The translations under genes and the position numbers were made by a program. The notes beneath the pieces were generated by a model. It was given only the letters and a program-made list of their open reading frames with translations, was not told where the DNA came from and did not search any database. A DNA stretch of 64,000 nt from the IMG/VR virus record IMGVR_UViG_3300008262_000022; one strand, given 5' to 3'. This stretch comes from a virus (lineage: Duplodnaviria > Heunggongvirae > Uroviricota > Caudoviricetes). Of the stretch, positions 57,193-64,000 are shown piece by piece; position 1 is the stretch's first letter; every line of letters starts with the position of its first letter.

Positions 57193-57314
57193 CGTTATGA
57201 GTAACTATAATAAATTTAATCAGCAAGTAGAAGATTTTATAGGTTATTTGTTAATAGCACTATTTATTTTTGCTATAATAATATCTATATAAACGTGGTT
57301 AGTCACAATTCATA

Positions 57315-57345
57315 TATTATATTTACATCGTAATAAATAAATGAT
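57315..57345 (+). promoter_or_regulatory. candidate promoter
   Basis: TATATTATATTTACATCGTAATAAATAAATGATATG. Confidence 0.4.
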
Positions 57346-57495
57346 ATGAACGATATTAAAAATGTAGATGATTTAATTAAAGTCTTATTAGAAAATCTAG
57401 AGTTAGCTTACAAATTAAAGTTTGAAGGTGAAAATGAAACACAAGACTTAGGTAGTTTAATAGATAGTTTAAATGATCAGTTTAGGTAAGTAGGG

Positions 57496-57522
57496 GTGGT
57501 GGGTCAAAACCCACCACTTATC
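57496..57522 (+). terminator. terminator-like hairpin
   Basis: GTGGTGGG-TCAAAA-CCCACCAC then TTATCTTT. Confidence 0.4.
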
Positions 57523-57691
57523 TTTATCTCATAATAAACAAAGCAATGAAAATAATAATTCAAACTATAATAATGATAGGATATGTAGGAATATATCCAC
57601 GAGAACTACAAATACTAGCACCATCTGTATTTATGATAATAGGGGTATTAATTTATATCTTAACTGAAGTAGTATATAATAAATTAAAGTA

Positions 57692-58087
57692 ATGAAAATA
57701 ATACTAACAAACGAAGAATCGGAAAAAATATTCCACAATGCATTATGTAATGGATTACCTTACATCCACGGGTATGGTCTAACTTTAGAGGCAGACAAGC
57801 AAGATTATAAAGCCGCTAGTCAAAAGCTCAAATCAGAAAAACCGAATGAATTGATCTGCTATGAGGATATTTTATTAAAAATGCTTCAAATGGGCTATAA
57901 ATTAACTCTAGTGGATGAAGAAGGAGATGGTGCTTACACTAGCGAAATAGGAATAAATGAGGTACACGAGCGAGTTCAACTAGCACCAGCAAGGAATTTA
58001 ATTAATACATTAGATGAGACGGACGATGCTGAGGATGCAGATATAATAATTCAAACCGTATTCTTTAATGAAGTAATATTTGGATAA
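57692..58087 (+). CDS. hypothetical protein
   Basis: ORF track. Confidence 0.45.
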   Translation: MKIILTNEESEKIFHNALCNGLPYIHGYGLTLEADKQDYKAASQKLKSEKPNELICYEDILLKMLQMGYKLTLVDEEGDGAYTSEIGINEVHERVQLAPARNLINTLDETDDAEDADIIIQTVFFNEVIFG

Positions 58088-58500
58088 GTAAAATCTGCGA
58101 TTTAAACGTCTTGGCGCATGCAAATATATAAGCATGCGCTCTTTATTTTCGAGCGCTAAAGATCGCGCGTATGCGAGTTTAAACAATAGAATATATGCTA
58201 GCCGGCGGTCTGAAAAAAGGGACTAGCTTTTGCAGGCGCTAGCGGCCCGCCGGCGGAATGACAGCGGAATGGCCCCATGCTAGCCGCGGTCCATGCGCGG
58301 GATGCGTTTGGTACAAAAGCCAATGTTACGTATTCACAGTTCGCACACACCTCTCGCCCATCGACAATATATACGTATATCCCCCAACTCTTGTGGTCGC
58401 ATTTTCGGTTTAACCCCTTTTGGGATAAATTGCAAGATGTCAAAGAACTCTTTTAAACAGATCTTTTATGTCGACAAAAGTATATACTTATATCTGTGTG

Positions 58501-58591
58501 AGGCTGGTATGGGTCTCGAACCCATTTAAGAGATATTTCTAATCTATCCCTACGTACCGTCCCACTGTGAAGCCGTTTACAGTGACCAGCC
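58501..58591 (-). tRNA. tRNA-like element H (distinct acceptor GGCTGGT/ACCAGCC; 91 nt, type-II length)
   Basis: minus strand: GGCTGGT-CA-CTG-TAAACGGCTTCA-CAG-T..38 nt..ATGGG-TTCGAGA-CCCAT-ACCAGCC-T; a 5-7-5 anticodon arm could not be placed. Confidence 0.35.
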
Positions 58592-58596
58592 ATTCG

Positions 58597-58705
58597 TAGT
58601 CAGGACAGGATTCGAACCTGCAAACACTCCATCGGGTATTTTAAGACTAAGCCAGAGATAAACTCCTATGCTGGTCTGATTTGGCTACCATTCCGCCACC
58701 TGACT
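58597..58705 (-). tRNA. tRNA-like element F
   Basis: minus strand: AGTCAGGTGGCGGAATGGTAGCC .. GCAGGTTCGAATCCTGTCCTGACTA. Confidence 0.4.
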
Positions 58706-58710
58706 ATTTC

Positions 58711-58845
58711 TTATTTTACTTCTCTTATACGAGAAATATCAGTTTTTAATTTTTTAGCTGCTTTTGTTTTATTCCAAGCTTTAATTGTTTTAGTTGGGTT
58801 ATCTATAGAACGATATTCAATTTTACTTTTTATTAATCTTTTCAT
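58711..58845 (-). CDS. small basic protein (44 aa) between minus-strand tRNA-like elements
   Basis: MKRLIKSKIEYRSIDNPTKTIKAWNKTKAAKKLKTDISRIREVK; the only minus-strand ORF with a plausible context. Confidence 0.3.
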   Translation of the reverse strand: MKRLIKSKIEYRSIDNPTKTIKAWNKTKAAKKLKTDISRIREVK

Positions 58846-58860
58846 AACTTTAAATCTTAG

Positions 58861-58962
58861 TAGTCAGGACAGGACTCGAACCTGTATGAAGAGATTAATT
58901 TTTGTGGTATAAGTTTCTCTTCTAACCAACAATTAGCGTCTAACCAATTCCGCCACCTGACT
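58861..58962 (-). tRNA. tRNA-like element G
   Basis: minus strand: AGTCAGGTGGCGGAATTGGTTAGACGC .. ACAGGTTCGAGTCCTGTCCTGACTA. Confidence 0.4.
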
Positions 58963-59026
58963 ATATATTTGTATATACTTATTATCTTATTTAACGTAGG
59001 TGTAAATGTAAGAAGGTTTCCTTGCC

Positions 59027-60346
59027 TTGCCAATATTTATTAGTATGAAAATAAAAGAAATACGTCAAATAATTCGTGAAGAATTAGAATATGTTCTTAG
59101 AGAACAAATCGAAGAAGATGATATTATGGATCAATTAAAATACCAATTGGCAAAAGTTGGCATTAATAAAACTAATCCTGGTGTTTTTCAGTTAGTAGAT
59201 AAACGTAAATCTGTTAAACCTAATACCATCACGTATATGTCTGTTGATAAAACAGGTGAAATTAAACCTGGAGATAAAGTAGATGAGGGTTTGAAAGACA
59301 AAATTATGGCTGGTGTAGTGTGTACTATATTAGCAACAGGTATGGTTTCATGTACTAAAGAAGACACCGCAGGTTTTGGTTATAATGTAGCTTCAAGATC
59401 AACTGAGTATACCTTAGGTAAAGGTACTCCAAATAAAAAAATTACTATTAATACACCAACAGGAGATGAAGAGCATGAAGTTGACTCAACAATGGGTGAT
59501 ACTAAATTTTACGGTGGTAGTCAACCGTTAAAATTTGGTAGACCAATGACTCCTACTGAAGCCTTAATTATAAAAATAGGTCATGCTTATCAATCAGAAA
59601 AAAGCATGAATAATAAAAAGGGTACACCTTCTAATAAAAGATGGGATTATGATCCTGAAAATGCTGAGATAACTGGTGGTGGTAGAATGTACCAAGACAA
59701 TAAAACACCTTTTGATAATGCTCGTCAACATCCATTATGGAAATTAGGTTTAGAAGCTGCTCAAAAGGCAGGTAAAGATGTTCAAGCTTTATTACAAAAA
59801 GCTGATCAAGAAGTACAAGATCAAAATTGGATACAAGAAAATACTAATTCTTCAGTTAATATTAATGGTAAAACAATTAAAAATGCTATCCAAAACGGTG
59901 ATAAATCTTATACTGTTACATATAATGATGGTAGTAAAGATACAATAGCTGTTAGTAATGATGATTGGGATGTAGTTAACGCTTCATATAAACAAAGCAT
60001 GAATGAAGAATTTAGTAGAATGAAAAAATTAGCGGGTATTATTAAAGAGAATTACGAATACGGCCCAGCATGGGTTAATTTAAACTCTCCTAAAGCTAAG
60101 ATTTTAACAAATGTTTACTATATTGGAGATAATGCTTATGGAGATTTAGCCCAATATAAAGGGGAAGCTGTTCCTTCATATGAATTACCTGGATATACTT
60201 TATCTCAAATAAAAAAAGAGGGAGATGGTTTCTTATATATCAAAAAAGGAGAAATAGGATGGTACGAAGAAGAAGAAGAAGAATTTGAATCATATGATGA
60301 AAATAGTACAACACGTATAAAAAAAGAATATATTGAACTTATATAA
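59027..60346 (+). CDS. hypothetical protein (start may be 59045)
   Basis: ORF track; 439 aa with a hydrophobic segment near residue 95. Confidence 0.5.
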   Translation: MPIFISMKIKEIRQIIREELEYVLREQIEEDDIMDQLKYQLAKVGINKTNPGVFQLVDKRKSVKPNTITYMSVDKTGEIKPGDKVDEGLKDKIMAGVVCTILATGMVSCTKEDTAGFGYNVASRSTEYTLGKGTPNKKITINTPTGDEEHEVDSTMGDTKFYGGSQPLKFGRPMTPTEALIIKIGHAYQSEKSMNNKKGTPSNKRWDYDPENAEITGGGRMYQDNKTPFDNARQHPLWKLGLEAAQKAGKDVQALLQKADQEVQDQNWIQENTNSSVNINGKTIKNAIQNGDKSYTVTYNDGSKDTIAVSNDDWDVVNASYKQSMNEEFSRMKKLAGIIKENYEYGPAWVNLNSPKAKILTNVYYIGDNAYGDLAQYKGEAVPSYELPGYTLSQIKKEGDGFLYIKKGEIGWYEEEEEEFESYDENSTTRIKKEYIELI

Positions 60347-60394
60347 AATAACATTTATAGACAGATTCATAGCCTGTCGCTCGTAAGATCAAAA

Positions 60395-61114
60395 TTGGAT
60401 ACAATAATGAAAAAAAAGTTTAAAATTAAATTAGAAGATAAAGCTGCTTTTATTAATCGCCTTGAAAAATTCGGAGTAAATGTTGATACATTTAATATTC
60501 AAGATAATAAATTAGATGGTACATTTACTATTGAGTTAGATGTTCCTGAAGAAATAACATTAGCTAAAAAGGTTATAAGTAAATCTAAAGGTATAGATCA
60601 AGTTAAATCAAATATAAAAGAGGTGGAAAATCCTAGGGATGTTATAAAAATGGATGTACCTTTATTTATTCGCTTGCTTGAGTATGCTCGTGAAGATGCT
60701 AAAACAGATATGGACTTACATGATGTTTCAGAAAATATTATATCATTATCAACTGAAGGTCGTGTGTTAAGTATGGCCGATTATAATAAAATTATGATTA
60801 AAAAGATGCAAGAAAATTTTAATCCTGATGATTATGAGTGGGAAGAAGAATATGATCCCAAAATTTTAAGAGTTAAGGGTAAAATGGATCAGAATAGTTA
60901 TATTGATTGTGATATTTTAACTATTAATGGGGAAGAAACAGAGCTAAGATTTCACGTAGTTCCAGATTCTGTAGAAGAGGGATATGCTGTTTGCGAGGCT
61001 GACGATGGAGATATAATTTATACTATGGATTGTAATGTATCTTATTGGGGTATGGATGGATATAGAATATACGATATTGATGAAGAATCATTAGACTATC
61101 ATGTTAATAACTGA
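60395..61114 (+). CDS. hypothetical protein (start may be 60407)
   Basis: ORF track. Confidence 0.5.
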   Translation: MDTIMKKKFKIKLEDKAAFINRLEKFGVNVDTFNIQDNKLDGTFTIELDVPEEITLAKKVISKSKGIDQVKSNIKEVENPRDVIKMDVPLFIRLLEYAREDAKTDMDLHDVSENIISLSTEGRVLSMADYNKIMIKKMQENFNPDDYEWEEEYDPKILRVKGKMDQNSYIDCDILTINGEETELRFHVVPDSVEEGYAVCEADDGDIIYTMDCNVSYWGMDGYRIYDIDEESLDYHVNN

Positions 61115-61289
61115 GGTAAAAAATAATTTAATTAAAATATTTCCTAATCATGAACTACAAATTACCGAATATATAGACGGGATTGCTGATTATGACTGTG
61201 AAAAAGCATATGATAATATTACCATTAGTGAATTAGAGGATGATTTTAAAATTTTTCTTAGTTTTTACAGAGAAGATTTGGATATCTGA
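61101..61289 (+). CDS. hypothetical protein
   Basis: ORF track. Confidence 0.35.
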   Translation: MLITEVKNNLIKIFPNHELQITEYIDGIADYDCEKAYDNITISELEDDFKIFLSFYREDLDI

Positions 61290-61312
61290 AAAAATTTTGG
61301 TAACTTTATACC

Positions 61313-61400
61313 TACGGGGTTAGGGAGAAAAGGGTAGGGGATGAGAGAACGGGTGCAAACGTTTGTACAAACGGTGGGAATGGGAAAACCCGTATATTTA
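61313..61400 (+). promoter_or_regulatory. G-tract (G4-like) block plus 12-bp perfect palindrome ACAAACGTTTGT
   Basis: GGGGTTAGGGAGAAAAGGGTAGGGG followed by GCAAACGTTTGTACAAACGG. Confidence 0.35.
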
Positions 61401-61419
61401 TATATAAACATATACAATT

Positions 61420-61629
61420 ATGAGATTTAAAAATCAAGTTATAGACGGCTTAGTACAAGCCCAAAACATTGGACAAAAATTACAACTTCAAATCAACCGC
61501 GGTATGTCTCAAGAAGAAGTATTAGATACTGTTGAGCAATTAAAAAATCAATTAGAAAAAATTAAAGAACTAGTTAGCGTTGAGGCTGACGATTTTGATT
61601 TTAATTTTAATCAATCATATAACGGGTAA
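61420..61629 (+). CDS. hypothetical protein
   Basis: ORF track. Confidence 0.45.
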   Translation: MRFKNQVIDGLVQAQNIGQKLQLQINRGMSQEEVLDTVEQLKNQLEKIKELVSVEADDFDFNFNQSYNG

Positions 61630-61631
61630 TT

Positions 61632-61904
61632 ATGGAAATATTTTTATGGGTATTAGGAATACACCTAGTTGAATTACTAGGTGTAGGTGTTTATCTTTTA
61701 ATTAAAAAGAATTCAACCCTTGAAAAAGTTATCACTCAACAACAACAATATATAGAAAATATAGATTTTGTTACCTCTCAGTTAATATCCAGTTTATCCA
61801 AAATAGATCAACGTATGTATGTTGATGGCGATGTAGAATTGGAGGAAATATTTACTAATGTAAATGAACTAAAAGAACTTCTAGAAAACATTTCTGGAAA
61901 ATAA
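61632..61904 (+). CDS. membrane protein
   Basis: N-terminal TM. Confidence 0.45.
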   Translation: MEIFLWVLGIHLVELLGVGVYLLIKKNSTLEKVITQQQQYIENIDFVTSQLISSLSKIDQRMYVDGDVELEEIFTNVNELKELLENISGK

Positions 61905-61942
61905 TTTGGCTTCCCTATTTTTCCTTATTACAATTGTAATTA

Positions 61943-62644
61943 ATGGAAACTAACAAAAACAATACACCCAGCGTATATTTTAATCAAGAAACTGAGGATG
62001 CTATTCTTGAATTTTTATCTACTTCAGACGAAATAGAGAGAAATAGAATTTATAATGATAAAATTAGGTATGCATTTTATAAATTAGCTGAAAATATTAT
62101 ACATACATTTAAATTTTATTATACAGATATAAATACTATTGAGGAACTAAAACATGAAGTAGTTACATTCTTATTAGAAAAACTTCATTTATATTCTCAG
62201 GGAAAAGGTAAAGCATATTCCTATTTTGGAACTATAGCAAAGCGTTACCTAATCATATATAATAACAACAACTACAAGAAACTTCAGAAACATGCCGAAA
62301 TGGATGAAATTGAGGAGGATAAATCTTATCTTGATAAAACGTTAAAAGAGGCCGAAGAAGATATTGGATTAGATACGTTTATAGATTTATATATTAAATA
62401 TATAGATAAACATTTGTATAAATTATTCCCTAAATCTCAAGATGCTAAAACAGCAGATGCTATTATGGAACTATTTCGTAAACGAGAATCATTAGAAATA
62501 TTTAATAAAAAAGCATTATACATTTATATCCGTGAAATAACAGATGCCTCTACTCCTCAGATTACAAAAGTAACCAAAAAACTAAATACTGTTCGTATTA
62601 AACTATATAACGAATACTACAGAAATGGTCATATAACTTTCTAA
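61943..62644 (+). CDS. putative phage sigma factor (sigma-70 region 2-like)
   Basis: EELKHEVVTFLLEKLHLYSQGKGKAYSYFGTIAKRYLI matches the region 2 pattern DDLIQEG.IGL..A...FD...G.KFSTYA.WWIR. Confidence 0.4.
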   Translation: METNKNNTPSVYFNQETEDAILEFLSTSDEIERNRIYNDKIRYAFYKLAENIIHTFKFYYTDINTIEELKHEVVTFLLEKLHLYSQGKGKAYSYFGTIAKRYLIIYNNNNYKKLQKHAEMDEIEEDKSYLDKTLKEAEEDIGLDTFIDLYIKYIDKHLYKLFPKSQDAKTADAIMELFRKRESLEIFNKKALYIYIREITDASTPQITKVTKKLNTVRIKLYNEYYRNGHITF

Positions 62645-62673
62645 TTGTATTATATTTATATTAAACAATAATT

Positions 62674-63063
62674 ATGGCTACATTCGATGACATAACATTA
62701 TTTGGTCAAACATCTTTATCAGATATATTTAAACAAATACATAAAAACAATAAAGCTGTTGATAATCAAATTAACGAACTTATAAATGCTCTAAAACCTT
62801 TAGCATCATCTAACGCAGGTTCTGCTGTAATGTTAATGCCTACTGTGAAAGATTTAATTGATGTTAACGTAAAGAATAATGATCAATTAATTAAAATGGC
62901 AGGTATTGCTCAAAGAGCATCTAATAATACAGGAAATACCAATGATAGTTTAATAGATATGAGTGAAATTCAATTATTATTGGAAGAGCAAAATGCTATA
63001 AAAGAAGAAGGTAATAAATTATTAGAAACAGCTAGTAAAGATTTACAAAAACGTTTAGAATAA
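62674..63063 (+). CDS. hypothetical protein
   Basis: ORF track. Confidence 0.45.
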   Translation: MATFDDITLFGQTSLSDIFKQIHKNNKAVDNQINELINALKPLASSNAGSAVMLMPTVKDLIDVNVKNNDQLIKMAGIAQRASNNTGNTNDSLIDMSEIQLLLEEQNAIKEEGNKLLETASKDLQKRLE

Positions 63064-63064
63064 A

Positions 63065-64000
63065 ATGGCTTTAAAATACGGTTTAAAAGGTAGTAACCAA
63101 ATTAGTAATCCTGTAAAAAATAAAACTACAGGGAAAAATAATGGTACTACTCCTATATATGGAAAAATATTTGGAGTAGTTAATGGTATAAATCTACCTA
63201 CAGTTAAAATGTACGAAAAAGCAAATAAACGAATAGGGGCTGTATTCTATAAAGATTATTATGCTAGTAGAATTGAAGATGGAAGTTTAACAGATGATTT
63301 TTTAGACACCTGTAATATAGCTTATCCATTTTATAGTAATATTCAAGATTATCCTTTATTAAATGAAATAGTTCTTATATTACAAGGAACATCTATAGGT
63401 TCACAAGTAAAAAGAGATATAAAATCTGATATACCTTATTGGTTATGTACAATTAATCTTTGGGGAAATAGTGAGCAAAACGCTCAATCTTCCAACGATG
63501 GTACTCCTTTAGGAAAAACATATAATGAAAACGGAAATATAAAAAATTTAATATCTTATGAAGGAGATTATATATTATCTGGTCGTACAGGCCAATCAAT
63601 TCGTTTCGGTAGTACCGTTGGATTATATAGTAATCCTGATAACCCAAATTTTAACGAATGGAGTAAAGTAGGAAATAATGGAAGTCCTATAGTAATTTTA
63701 TCTAATGGTTTAAATTTTAACAGCAAACCACAAAGTTTATACTCAGAACAAATAAACAGGGATGCTTCTTCAATTTATTTAACTTCTACTCAGGCTTTAC
63801 CTATAGAATTAGATTCTAGTGGTTTAAAGTCACCTTTAATAGGTGAACCAGTTTTACCTGATACTTATAATAATTCACAAGTAATATTAAATGGTGATAG
63901 AATATTAATTAATTCTAAAAAAGATGAGGTAATGTTGTTTTCTAAAACCAACACTATTTTGAAAGCGAATGGAATTAACTTAGTAGGAAATTCAATAGAA
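63065..64000 (+). CDS. hypothetical protein, partial (runs off the window end; possibly virion structural)
   Basis: open frame from ATG 63065 to the window end; follows the sigma-like gene. Confidence 0.4.
   Translation, partial: MALKYGLKGSNQISNPVKNKTTGKNNGTTPIYGKIFGVVNGINLPTVKMYEKANKRIGAVFYKDYYASRIEDGSLTDDFLDTCNIAYPFYSNIQDYPLLNEIVLILQGTSIGSQVKRDIKSDIPYWLCTINLWGNSEQNAQSSNDGTPLGKTYNENGNIKNLISYEGDYILSGRTGQSIRFGSTVGLYSNPDNPNFNEWSKVGNNGSPIVILSNGLNFNSKPQSLYSEQINRDASSIYLTSTQALPIELDSSGLKSPLIGEPVLPDTYNNSQVILNGDRILINSKKDEVMLFSKTNTILKANGINLVGNSIE

Noticed and set aside
58198-58529. Track ORFs 58198..58443 (-) and 58293..58529 (+) inside the GC-rich island
   Set aside because: They overlap each other on opposite strands, and their amino-acid composition (Ala/Gly/Arg/Pro-rich) just reflects the GC-rich palindromic DNA; more likely structured RNA or non-coding.
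1-64000. Integrase/attachment site or prophage boundary
   Set aside because: No tyrosine/serine recombinase signatures (R..HxxR..Y or the serine catalytic N-terminus) recognised in any ORF; tRNA-like 3' ends are not followed by an integrase gene; the window looks like an internal segment of a virulent phage.

Overview
AT-rich (roughly 30% GC), densely packed window with essentially all genes on the + strand and many ATGA/short overlaps: it reads as part of a large virulent phage genome. The repeated intergenic motif TTG..N..TAtATTTACAtcACAATTAA..AAAGGTTATG resembles Bacteroidetes/Flavobacteriia-type sigma-A promoters (-33 TTG / -7 TAnnTTTG), so the host is probably a flavobacterium-like bacterium. 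Recognisable content: replication genes (gp45-like sliding clamp, RFC/gp44-like clamp loader, ATP-dependent DNA ligase, Cas4-like PD-(D/E)XK nuclease, ThyA-family enzyme), phage-encoded GroES/GroEL, and a large sugar/glycan-biosynthesis cluster (about 6.8-17.8 kb: GT4 x2, GT2, GT10-like, C-methyltransferase, PfkB/RfaE-like kinase, RmlC-like epimerase, two SDR epimerase/reductases, SAM-MTase) plus a GT32-like gene. There is an RNA-repair style toolkit (Rnl-type RNA ligase, P-loop kinase, two metallophosphoesterases, a HAD-like gene disrupted by a 31-bp tandem duplication), three homing-endonuclease-like genes (2 HNH, 1 GIY-YIG), a lysis cassette (glucosaminidase plus small membrane proteins), and a sigma-70 region-2-like gene near the 3' end. 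Most striking is a family of eight tRNA-like elements (five on +, three on -) with near-identical acceptor/D/T arms but hypervariable, non-canonical internal regions, one trio lying beside a 55-60% GC structured island. Also notable: a repeat-punctuated, GC-richer array of small paralogous ORFs bracketed by about 80-bp direct repeats, a 37-bp perfect terminator+promoter repeat 10 kb apart, and a roughly 900-bp ORF-free region. Functions are inferred from motifs read by eye; no database search was possible.
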